From Tubiluchus corallicola (Eukaryota > Animalia > Priapulida), in NCBI GenBank assembly GCA_030141605.1, contig JAQGDQ010000614.1, positions 1 through 64,000 of the forward strand: DNA of 64,000 bases. The letters run 5' to 3'. Each line of letters begins with the position of its first letter. The stretch's first letter is position 1. Shown in pieces: positions 1-12,800 of the stretch. The notes under the pieces were generated by a model. It worked only from the letters and a program-made list of their open reading frames with translations, was not told where the DNA came from and did no database searches. Both the position numbers and the translations under genes were made by a program.

Positions 1-834
1 TATATAGTTTAATTTTGTACAACAACTTGACAACATTACATAGATAAGGCTTCTTCTGCCTAATTTTTACTTAAGTGTAAATTCGTCATTTAAGTCAGTT
101 TCATAAGAACTCCAGATGACAAAGTTTTTATTTTTCTGCTGTTATGTTGTCAGGACACGCATATCTAGGTACCATTACTATATATGCTTGTGGCTGATAA
201 ATAAATATATCCAGTAGCATCATAAGAATTGAATACAGTAGAGCTTTTAATATGTAAAAAAATCAACCACCTTATTGAGTTATGGATAAGAATGTATTGA
301 AATACTAGCCGCATACATTTTACTCAAATATATATGTCCTTTATCTGTTTTTCTTTGTATTTTTTCCTTCTTAAAATAGTTCGGTCAGTGCACAAGTAAG
401 CAGAGCAGTTCAAATCTGGTATGTGCCAGCGATAATGACATTGACATGGTGATCATTGTAATGCGCGAGTAAAAACTTTGCATTTAGACATCTAGGTTTT
501 ATCCAACAGTTAAATTCAAATTTAAGGATTTTAAGCGACAGTGCAAACATTACAATTTTGCATAAGTGCCAGAGCATCACTAACGTACATTGACTCAGAA
601 AAGATGCAAAGTTTCGTTAATACCGAGAAGTAGTAAACATGGCAAGCTTAGTAAGTAAGTAAGTTTTTTGTCGCCTTATTACAATATGTTCAGCACAAGA
701 ATCAGTGATGTTAATTAAATAAAAACAAAATAACTTTGTGATTAATAAATTATAATCACAGTGTTATTTTGAAAAGCAGGAGTAGAATCATTTTATCTCA
801 GTGCAAGGCCCAATCAAGAACTTGTGAAGAGAAT

Positions 835-960
835 AGGTATGGCACGAAGATTTAATTTCCAAAATTGAATCAAATCCGAATCTCACATTTTTGCAGTTTG
901 CGAAACCGAACCAAATCTGAATTTTTAATCTGCTTAATTTTCTATATCAGATTGAATCCA
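835..960. mobile_element. Degenerate hAT-MITE-like terminal fragment
   Basis: Starts TAGGTATGGCACGAA and is followed by clustered CCGAATC/CGAAACCGAACC-type subterminal motifs; no second end found. Confidence 0.3.
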
Positions 961-1747
961 AGTCCTTTAATTTGATGCCAGTCAGGTTTTTCATCTTAGG
1001 ATAAGTGCAGTGTTTGTTGCAATGGATGTTAATAGTTATGATGAAACATAAAGGTTTTGCTATACTCAGTAAAATTTCTGAGTTCAGATTTAGTTTTTGG
1101 GTTAGTTTATGTTTAGCTTGCTTTGTTCTTTGTACTTAGAATTAAGAGAAACTTTAGCATATTTTGTTACTGCTTTCTTATTTAAACTTCGTTAGTAAAC
1201 TTTAGAAATTAAAGAAATTAAACACAACACATGTGTAAGATATCGTGACGTATCGTCTGTGTTCAAAACAAAGCTGGTTTAGAAGCAGCATAACCGAAAT
1301 CCTGTGCAAGTTAAGTCATTATATTCCTAGTCAGTCGGTTGTTGATTTGACATATAATTTGTGTGGTGCACAACTTTTGCGGAAAGGGCTTTAAGCTCCT
1401 CAAAAAGATACATGGACTGTGATGTCATATCGCATCCCAAATATTTTTTTTAATTTTTCCACTTTAAAGACATGCCACAAGACAAAATTGGTCTTTGAAA
1501 AGTGAGCTCATGGTCTAAATCATAGACTTGCTTTCCTTCTTCGGTCCTCATTAGGCTTCTGCAATTTAGGTAATTATTTCTTCAACAAATAGTTATCAAA
1601 ACACTTTGCTTCACCAAAAAAATTATATTGGTGTTTAAAAAACAAGAGAAATCAGAATGTAATAGGCTTGAAAGATGTCTGTAGTTTTTTTTATACTGTA
1701 ACTGCATAGTTAGACCTAAGACTAGCACTCGATTTTTAATTTTTTAG

Positions 1748-1969
1748 GATGTTGTAAACCATCGCATCTGGTGCACACATCACATATGTGTTTCTAACAT
1801 GGCTTCGTAAGCCATTGTTATGGCTGAGTCAGCCATAGCCCAGTCCTCCACAGAGAGGTGGGTCTGTGCAGAGTACGGGATGAATGTCCATCGTATTCTT
1901 GTAACCACAAACAAACTTACCATAGCTTAAGGAGAAAAATTGTGTATTGCTACTTTTTGAAATAATTTG
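1748..1969 (+). other. Putative 5'UTR exon of the KIAA0232-like gene, containing uORFs
   Basis: Acceptor tttttttag at 1747 and donor TTG|gtaagt at 1970; higher GC than its flanks. A candidate upstream donor lies at 651 (gtaagt) and a downstream acceptor at 3633 (ttttcag). Confidence 0.45.
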
Positions 1970-2394
1970 GTAAGTATTGGAATATTTTGATTCTTTGAAT
2001 GTTTTAATGCTAGATCTATTGTTAGATTTACTTTAGTTATGAAACAGTACATTGGTATATCAACTTCTCACTTTCTGCTTTCTCATATCTCACCAGACTT
2101 CAGTTGCTGGATATCAGTTCTAATGTAGCAATTGGTACCGAATGGATACTTCTCTCTTTACTTTTGTAATTTTTTCCTAGGTCAGTTCTCTATATACGTT
2201 CTTCCCAGTTTGGTCAAGTTAAGAGATGTAGAGGGTAAAATTTTATTGAGTTTACAAAAAAACTTTTATGTGACAATCCATGAATGTATCATTAAAATTT
2301 TTGTGTTGGAAATCTTTTTTGGGTTGTGGGCTCGACCCGAATCGCTGCTCGTTTAGATGTTGTTTTTGAAAAAAGCTTAAGGCTCGATGGAATT

Positions 2395-3025
2395 TGCAAT
2401 GGATCTTCACGTGAAACGTCACACGAATATACTAGAATATATTTTACACTGATTGACTGAGGCAGATTTTTAATCTGCATGTTGAATTCAAGATGGCGAC
2501 AATATCATATTTTTTCGAAAAATGCCTAAAGCTCTGCAAGTTTGCATCAGTATGAAACTCTGCAAGCACATGCTAGAATAAATTCTGTATCAACTGACAT
2601 AGTCGGATTTTCAATTTCATCTGCCATTTCAAATTCAAGATAGCTGCAAAAACATTATTTTGCAAAAGGTTTGAGGCTTCGTAAGTTCGTTTCGGATCAT
2701 CACGAAACTTTACATAGGATAATATATAGTGTAATAAAATATTACTGACATAGTATTTTCAATCTGGCATTTTGAATTGAAGACGACGGCAATAAGGTTA
2801 TTTTCAAAAAAACTTAATGCTTTGCGAATTCGCAGTGTGGCATCATGAAACTTACAGAACTATATTGTTGAAAAAAATTTGCATAGATTGGCAGAGCTAG
2901 ATTTCTGATTTAATTTGCAACAGATCCACGTGAAACTCTACAGGAATATACTAGAACGATTTCTGCATTGATTGACAGAGTCAGATTTTCGATTTGTCAT
3001 CATAAATTCAAGATGATGGCATTGA
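2395..3025. repeat. Degenerate tandem repeat, ~4.5 units of ~145 nt
   Basis: Recurring tgaaact...atatactagaat...ttgac..agtc.gattt..aat.tg.cat...aattcaagatggc blocks starting near 2405, 2550, 2700, 2843 and 2927. Confidence 0.7.
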
Positions 3026-3848
3026 TGTATTTATCTCTGACGCATAATCTTCAGTTCATTGAGTCCATCGGCCAATAGTTGTTTTTGAAAGTTGGCGAGT
3101 TAAGATCTTACAGATGACTTGATCGTTTTTTTAGTCTTGTATTTAAGTTGTGTACATGGTTTGGCATGTGGGAAAATAACCATTGATCAGCTTATCTTTT
3201 TGAACTTAACTCGATATTAAAAATATAAAACTAAATGTATATGCGTGATATTAGGACTATGAAACTAAATGTATATCAGAAATAGCTATTCATAATTTTT
3301 TTCAATCAAATTGTTGTGAGAATTTTTGAGATTTATTGCAGCAAAGTGAAATTAAGCATGCTTTGCTATGGTGACTAGTATCAGAATCACTGCTGTCATC
3401 TAAATGTAATAATATAATGTAATGTGACTGAACTATGCAGTCTGGTATGCTTAATTAAATGTTGTAACATTATATTGCTTTGAAATGTGCATTCGAACTA
3501 ATTTTAGATTTCCAATAATTCATGCCACATTGTAGACAGAACATTTCAGTGCTGGTACAGCAAAGTTGGCAAACTCTCACTTCTGTTTCTTATTTGCAAA
3601 GCTTTAGGGATTCTGTTTTCACTTTATTTTCAGGAAATTCTCTAAAGCTTTGTAAACCGAAAAAAAATCCTGCACCAATATCTCACTTCTAGCACTTCAG
3701 TGATTTCTTTCCGACCACATAATGAGACAGTAATAAATTAGTCACGTTTCTCTGAAATTTGGTAACAGACGACACGGAATTGGTGCTGCTCTAGTCTGAA
3801 GGTGTAAGCTCAGTGTGTAGGCGATAGCTTGGCATCTGGTTCAAGGTT

Positions 3849-6800
3849 ATGAAAATCGCACTGCAGACAAGAAATGTTCAATCATCTCTGCAGTCCTGGT
3901 TAGACAACGAGTTAGAAGTTAGAGGAATAGATGCTGTTATCTATACACGCTACATCTTGAGCCTTCTGCAGCAGGTAATATTTAATGTGACATTTTCCTC
4001 TTATAAACCACTAGAAACTCCTTTTTGGAGCTGCAAAAGGGTAAATTCATTTAGTTGGTCAGTGATATGGATTATTTTGTTGTTGATAAGCTTAACATTA
4101 CTTTACCCCTTTGTTGTCTGTTTATTAAGACTTTTGTATCTTGCTTGTAAGTTTTTTTATGTTCACTAAATGAGAAGAGAGCTTGATTCTCTGAGTTATG
4201 CCATTAGCAGCGTGCCATGTAGCAAGCCCTGATATCACTTACTGAACACAAGAAATTAAAAATCCTTACATCTGGAGTTACATTGTCAAGCTTGACACAA
4301 GCCACTACCACTGTTTTTTGCATTCAACAAGTTCTGCGAAGTATGTTTTTTTCATCAACCTGTCAAAGAGCGAAAACCAAGTTAGGACCAATCAAAAAGA
4401 AAGTCACTTCAAGAAAACTGAGATTTTCTGTTGCTGTTTCGATGGGATTTGATCTGGCTGTCCTCTAGTGGCTAGCCACAAATTATACACTGGAAAGTCA
4501 TTTAAACTAAAAACAAAGTTTTAGAAGTTTATAAAGGATTTGCAAGCCAAACATCATGGTGTAATCATTGGTGATGTACTCATAGTCGACCTTAGATCAA
4601 GTAATGTTTACTACAAATAAAATTACCATGTTGTTAAATCACCCTCACTTACACTATAAGACCGTGATGTTAATGTCGCATGATCGTGACCACATTTTAA
4701 TTCTTGTCACATCAACTTTTTGTCTTTCAAGGAAATATTCTATGACTATGAAGAGGAAGAGGCTGTGCTGAATAAGCTGTTTGAGTATCGTAAATCAAAG
4801 CAAAAGTCAGGTAGACGTAGACGAGGACCATCACCTTCATTTGGCCGACATGGCATGGATCCTGAGAAAGTAAAGAAATTGGCTGCCATCGAATGTTTAC
4901 TTTCTGCTTCTGATGAGGTATGTGCTAGCGATTGTGACAGCTATTCATTTATAGGTTGCCGTAGTTTAGTCAGTAAGTTTAGAACAGATAAAGTATGTAT
5001 TCTTTGACAATTTTGAGGCCAAAGAGATGCAACGTACAGAAGACATTGTGAATGCAACATACAGAAAACATTTTGACACTGCCAAAATTTTGGTCCACCC
5101 GAGGTCACCCAAAGGTCTCAACAGAGAATGCCTCTATCATGTCGAGTAATATACCAAGTTAAAGGGTGAGGCGAGTTTGACACTAACAAATGTTGGCCTA
5201 CCTGGGATCACCTAAAGGTCATCTACAGGGAATCTCTCAAATATATTGTGTAACAAACATATCAAATTAAAACTTAGAGCGAGATGGGTTTGACACTGCC
5301 ACATTTTGGTCCAGCTGTGGTCACCTAAAGGGCATTTACAGGGAATGTGTCAAACATATTGTGTAAGATATTCAAATGAAGCTTACACCGAGGCGGCTTG
5401 ACATGGTTCATTAAAACATCGAACGTCGTTGACAAATGACTTAATTCTCTTTATTTTGCCAAATCCTTTTGTCCTTCATCTTGGATTTGTGGCAACCTTT
5501 GCATAAAATGCATTTCAAACTGAATGACCAATGTCAAAAATATTGGGCCCTCTAGGGTCAGCTAAAGAGCATCTAAAGGGAATGTCGCAAACAATTGTGT
5601 AATAATTATAGCAACTTAAAGCTTTTGGTAAGGTGGGTTTACAAGGTTCATGGAAAGGTCAGTGGAAGAGCATCACAACAAAAGCACTAAGATCACAGGA
5701 GTAAAGGCTTCCTTTTCATAAAATAACTAATTAGGTTTTTGAAACTACTTACTTAGCCACTTACATAAATGTTTACCAATTCACTCATGCACTTACTTAG
5801 TCCAGTAGTTACTTTTGGTCTCCCAGCAATAATGATAAGAACTTCAAATGAGTGTACATTTCACTGTTATTCGCTGACCTGTGTGTGTTTCCGTAACACG
5901 GTTTTATGACTTTCTTTGTATTGTTAGAGTATGTACAATTGAATAAAATTTACTTCAAAACTTCTTGGAGTCTTGTTTTATCAATTTCAAAACAAATACA
6001 ACTTTCAGAAACCATTATAATGTAACAGTTCTCGACATGACAAAATTTTGCCCCACGCAGGCTCACCACCATTTTACATAATAGTATACGATTTTTCATC
6101 AGGGGACCTGTGCTGTCATTGATGGTGTAGCTGTTGTTGATAAACACTGCAGTGTATGACTATTAATCAAAAGTTTTCTTAATCACGCTTATATATAACT
6201 TTTCTTGCGATTAATAGCCTGATAAACATGTTACTAGTTTGTTTAAGTATGAGGAATCTTCGCTGTTGACAAAAGCTGTATCACGTAGTTCTGCCAACCA
6301 TTGTTTAGTTTGGAGAGTTCATACGTTTCCACTGCGTCCACACACACAGACGGAATTTTTCTGTATGACTCGCATAGACAAAAATTGAAGTAATAATGTG
6401 ACTTATTTATTATCATTATTAGAATCATTATTTTCTGGGCATGTCATTTTCATTGTGTTCGCACAAAAAGCCATGTACACAAATTGATACGCACTTCAAC
6501 TGAAAAGCCTTCATCATTGTGATACGCCTTTTTTCTGTGGACGTAAAATTCATTTCTGTACATGCTGTAGAGTTTAGACATTCGCTTTGTGACAAATTGA
6601 CCCTAAATACAGTCACAGAGATTTCACAAGGCAGATTTAGATTGAAATAGCTTTTGAGGCCAATGATGAAGCAGCAATATTTAGTCCTTGTTATTGATTT
6701 TACTTTTTTGAATGTTTCCATGAATTTGGGGCTGGTTTTGCAATTTTTTGATCCCTGTTGTCAAATTCATGGTAGGGATTTACACTGTACGCTATTTTTG

Positions 6801-9800
6801 CAGAATTTCGACTTTGTCCCATCTGTTAATCTATTGCTATTGCAAAACATTCATAGACCTATTGTACTTTCTTAAAATTCCTTTGCATGTATAATTACAA
6901 AAATTATAAGAAACTAGCTATTATCAGTTGTATAATATTAAAGCTGCTTTTTGTTTCAACAACTCAAAGTGAATATCTATAGGCGGTACAAAAAAGTTGT
7001 AATATATGAACGTGTAAAATTTTTAAACTAAATAAAATTCAAAAAGAGATAGTTTTGCAGTTGCAGTATGCTTGAGCACTGTTTTTCATCCATTATAACT
7101 TGTTGCAGTATTCACTGTTTCTGAAAACTGTGTGTTGTCACTTGCTGTATTGCCGATTTGCTCCTTCGTAAACCATTAAAACGAAATAAATGCTTCTTTC
7201 TCCTAGATACTCAAGTCCCATGTCAAGATTTCGTTCTAAAAATTTTACCACGTTGTAATTAAGGTTGAGATGGTTAAACGTTTAACTGACCGCTAACTGG
7301 CTGTAGCTGTTTAGAAAATCACTAACCATTTAACCATTCTTTCTTTTACATTTTAACATCACACTCGCTGTTTTTTCACAAACAATCACACAAACCACAC
7401 AGAAAATCATTGATAAAATTTGCTTTTAGTTATTGTCCTGCATAACCATTAAGTGCTTGAAGTCAAAATTCTCGGCTTTCTATTGCAATAGCAAAATACA
7501 TTTCTAATTCGTAAAACATGAAAGATTTTAGACAACATCAGAGCAATCCCATAGGCTACAGCGATTGGTTAAGTTTTTCAAACAAGTTTTCGTACCACCA
7601 GTAAAAATTAGTCTTACAAAGATCATGCATATTTCTCGATTTTGTTCTGCAATAAAACGACTAGTAATTTGTTTAAAATTGTGCACAGAAATCACAGTTA
7701 AATTATTCTAATTGCATGATGTTTCAATCGTTTTAATGATAAAGAACATTATGTGACTGAAGTGCTGAATTATTCGAATCTATAGTTTTAGGTTCGAATG
7801 GAGTTCGAACTAAAAAAATCGTTCGAATCGAATTCGATTTGTTTCATGCTCACTCCTAGAAGACATACTAAGTTGAACGAATATATATTATTATATGTTG
7901 TTAGATTTAGGCAATTTCTTCATATTAGTTTGTCATGTGAATGACGCCATCAAGAAACGTTTACATGATTCGTCGCCCGCAATTAATAACATTTAAACGG
8001 TTAACTAAAAAGCCTAACCATCTCAACCTATACTTCATAATGAGTATGGATGCAGTGAAAACAACTTGTAAATGTAAAATGTGTGGACAGAAAAATCTGT
8101 GTATGTGCATGTCAGTACGGAAGTAGTGGAAATGCGACCTTAATTAGATTTAATCTCACTGGGAATTTCAGTAGAATGCTTTATTGTTGGTGTCCCGTAT
8201 ATAAGCACTGTTCACCTAGCAGTAAAATATTGTCTGTGTTATGCCCTTAGAACTACAGTTTGCTTGCACATGCAGTAAGACTTACCAATGTTAACTCACA
8301 AATAAAAATATATAATACTAATTCATGGTAAAAGCAAGCCAAAACAAAAAGCAGTTGTTAGAAGCGCAACATACTTAGAAGTAAATTTTATAAGTGGTTA
8401 AGCACTTCAGATATTTTGTTGCATTTTATGTTAATAAGACACGTTAGACAATCGGATTGGAATGCTGGCAATATTGATGTTTAGATTGTCAGATTTGATA
8501 TTCGGTATGAGTAAAAACTGGATTCAGCACTAGCCAATCCAAACTTTGGGTTTTAATACCTACATTGAAACATATTGTAAATAAGTTGTTCTGATTCTTT
8601 GCCATCAGCTTTTACTCTGAAAAGAAATCACTGAGATGGTGAATTCGTAGTAATGTGGCAGTTGTTAAGTTTTTTATTTTATTTTAAAGTTTTTGTGATT
8701 CCCTTGCACTTGTCATATTTACCTAGTTATGAGCTTTTCATTATATGAATCCATGTTAGTCGTGGTTTTGCATTGCAAATAAACGTAGTTTGAGATGTAA
8801 GATTGTAGCTCTTTCTGTATTGATGGTGTTGTGCATATTACCATGATTCCGAAGTTTTGAAACTAAGTATCGTACTAGTAAATTGAAATGGGTTCTTGGG
8901 AGTCATTCATCTAAGCAGCTTTGATATGATTGATTGGTAATTCAGCTTTTAAATTTTTGTTACTAATCTGCAGCAAAAAACATTTAATGTGCTTGTACAT
9001 AAGTGTGTAAGTATGATGGCAAAAGTAAGAAGTATAATTGCAGCACCAAATTTGTGCCCTGCAGAATCTCTGTTTCTTATTGGTGAACATGGTGTGCTTA
9101 AACAATCGAAATCTGGTGTGTTTGAAGCCCACATCAGAGACTAGCAGATATTAGCAATCAACAATATAATTAGCATCTGTAGTAGAGTATTTATTTGCAA
9201 AGTTTGTCTTGTGTGTTCCCAGCAATATTATAAGAAAGTTTTGATTCTGCTTAGTTATCCCTGTTCGCATGTGGTCTTTTCTTGCATTAGGCCGGCCACA
9301 AAAAAAATCGTTTTTGTGTTACATTGTGAGCTCAAAAACTGTCAATTGGGAGGGCAAATTTTTTTTTAAAAAAAAACTTGAAGTTTGTGAATGTTTAAAG
9401 CTGAATCATAGAATATTTAAATTCTATTGAAACCAGTTTGTTTATTTTCCACTGGTTAGCAGTAATGTTCTAAATTCCTTCAATGTGCATTTTTTCACAC
9501 TTTGCCTTTTAGTTTTTCACACATTATCTATTATCGTATATTTTCTTTTTGTGCAGTATGAAGCCTTGAATTATCTTATGTTCTGATAATTATAGTATAA
9601 GCCGCAATACTACTCAGTCATTAATACGATAATTTCGCGGAAAATACTATAATTTTCAGCCTCCAATATAATAATCAGCACCACACAAAACAGCAATCCC
9701 GGCCCTGCCCGAGAGTTAACTATAAAAGAAAAAGACTGTGCCCTCGCTGAAACAACGATGTTATTTTGAATTAAAAAAATATGCTATTTTATAAGACTGC

Positions 9801-12800
9801 ACCAGTTACGCACCATTCCGGGCCGGGTGTACAATAAAAAATTACCTGGGGGATCAGACGGAAACAGAAATATTTTTATTGTCGGCTTTATCGGGGTTGT
9901 ATCATCAAGTTGGCAATTACTAGCAACTTGCGTACATCTGAAAATATAGAATTTGCTGGTGGGCTTAAATTCTGTAAAGTTTATATTTAAGCGTTAAACC
10001 ACTTGGAATACAGAAATGACTAAAAGTTCTGGAGAGCATCCATGTATTGTTCAGTGTTGGCAATCTTTGCCTGATGCTTACTTATTTAATGATTCTGGAC
10101 TAAGAACAGTTTAAGCCTAAGCACTTAGACTACCTTTGTTTAGGTTTTTGACAACAGATGTCACCGAGTTACTGGAGTTATTGTGCTGTCACATGAATAC
10201 GGAGAGACTTGTTAATGTGAAATTTATTGCATGTTTCAATGATTTTGACGAAGTCGGTTTTTAGATTCTTGGAAAGAGATGGATTTTTGCGTAAACTGTA
10301 ATAAAACAATTTGTGGCGTTGTTCCTGTTGCTTTCAACTTTATTGTTGCGCAATTCATAATTTGCTTATTTAACTTGAAATTGGTTTGGTTATTTTAGCT
10401 ACTTAGTAGTAAGTTTAGCATCATTGGAAACAGTGTAAATATTGTCAATAAAGAAGGAATTTGCAGTATTTAACAATAATTCAATATTCCAAATACTCGA
10501 CAGTAATCAAAATGTCTTTTTAAGATGTTCATGAACTGCTAATGACATCTAAGTGACATTACCACATGTATCGCCAGGTTTAAAATTTCCGGTGTAGAAT
10601 GATTTTTTTGCTGCTTTTTTGAGTAAATTAACGTTAAGAATGAATGAGGTTTAAATTTAACAAACAAATTAATCCAAGCAAGTTTTTTGTGAGTGAAAAT
10701 ACATTGCTAGAATTAGGATTTGGATCCCTCAGATTTACTTTTAGTTTGCCGACAATCAGTTTTACACTTGTCCAATAAAAAAATTACTTGTCACTCGGAA
10801 GCTGTAACACCAGTCGCTAATTTATTTATTTATATGTGATCAGCTTATATGAACATACAGAATGTCATATATATTCAAAAATATTCTTTGTTGAAGAGCA
10901 AATACATGCTTGCTGTGCTTTACCTGAGAAATAGTAGAGTGCCAGAACAGCAAAATTCAGATTGCTTTTAGGGCCAGTTTTAAGTTCAAAAAAACATGAG
11001 CTGTACTGTTTTGTAATTATAAAAAATGTTTTTCATTAGTTGCAGAATATTCTGTCAGTGCAGCGTGTTTCTTGGCTGTAGGCCTATATTAAATATTCTT
11101 TGCTGAGGAACAAATCAGTACTTGGTGATGTCTACCTAAGAAAGAACAGAAATGTACATCCAACTTCCTTTTGTAGCCAGTCTTGAGTTCAAACAAGCTA
11201 TACTTCTCTTAATTATAAACAAGTGATTTCTTTGTTTTGCCAATATATGGTTTAATTGTAGCGTTTATGTGTAATTTGGTAGAAGAAAATTTAACAAAAA
11301 TTTTCAAATAGGTCAATTCAGGTGTTGACAACGTGCTGTTCCTCTCCTCAGTCATGGTTAAGTTTTCTACACACACAGAAGGTCTTTGTTGAAGTTTTAC
11401 ACTGGCGTTAGTGGCTTGTTATAAAGAGCGTGCTGTTTGCTCTTCTAGTAAGTTTACAAAGCCCTCCGAACTCTCTTCTCAATGTCAGGCAGAGTTCCCA
11501 GAGTTGACTGCACGGTCTGGCTTCATGCGCTAGTTAACGTCTAAGCTGAGCATGTGACTACAGGCTTCCACTAGTTCTCTGTTTTTGATATTTTCTACAA
11601 CACTTCAGTGGACAAGGAGGTCTACGTGTGATATTTTGTACAGTAGGCCAGGCAGTATTTTCTATAATTTTAGTGCTTCTACTGTAGTGAATGTGTTTTT
11701 TACATCTTCATATATTTATAACATCACATCAGCAGACGAAGCTGAAGCTTTTAAGAGAGATGTACTTTTGATACTACATCACCGTTTAAACCACGGCTAT
11801 TCCAGTTCATTTTTGCTGTACGTGTATACCGGCTCTTTATGTATATACATATTAACTGGTACAAAATTTTTCCATGAAGCAGTGGGACTATGCTTCTTTG
11901 TTTGAAATTCTTCATCTGATTTGCTGCAGCATGAAAAGTAAGTAGGTCATTTAACTTTCTCTTCTAGCTGTAATCAACACACTGTTTCAGGGACGTGCTG
12001 TATTGCATTCTAGTTTATTGGCATGCGAAAGTGAAGCCAGGTTTTCAATGGCTTGTCCCAGAGCTGAGCAAGCTGTTGCTGTTTAGTCGGCAGTTCGTCA
12101 AACCATTGTGGGTCAAACAGCGGTTACCTTACAACCTGTTTGCATTTGTTATTTGCCTTGATGCCTGATAGTGGGAAATTTTGCTGCCAAGGTCAAGATG
12201 CCTGTGATAGTCTGTTATAGTGGTGCATTGAGAAAATAATAATCATTTTCTCTTTGGATGAACTGCCTTTCTTACTGTCTCTCTAGAAACTTCTAAGAAA
12301 ATCTCATTGAAATATTTACGTACAGTTTTGTTTAGTTGCATAGGGTGGGCATATTACTTATTCCAAAACACCACTAGTCTCCAGCTTAAAAATTAAAAAG
12401 TGGATATTTCACACTCTCACTTGTTCGTTCTTAATACTACATGTGTTCTTCAGTAATTGACAAAACAACGTGATTAAACAGAGCTAGCAGACAAGAAGAA
12501 GCAGCAAGGTGGCAGATGTCCTATTACTGCCCTTACCAGTTGATTTGAGCACAATTCACTGAATTGATAAGTAGTGTCTGTTTTGCTGTTGTTGTGTTGT
12601 TACCTTGTAGCTAATTCTTGAAACAGGAAAAACACAATGTAGACAAAAAAGAATTTTACCCCCTCCCTCAGGGAGTATACAGGAGAGGAGGCTTCTGTTT
12701 TGCTGTTGTGTTGTTACCTTGTAGCTAATTCTTATAATAGGGAAAACCCAATGGAGACAAAAAAGAATTTTATCCCCTCCCCCCAGGGCGTATACAGGAG

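Noticed and set aside
2395-5660. Repeat arrays as CRISPR-like loci
   Set aside because: Eukaryotic context, degenerate whole-unit repeats without unique spacers, and no cas genes.
11585-12230. 106-aa ORF and ATGAAAA|gtaagt in the large intron as a nested gene or alternative first exon
   Set aside because: No protein similarity recognised, and the phase does not match exon 13683.
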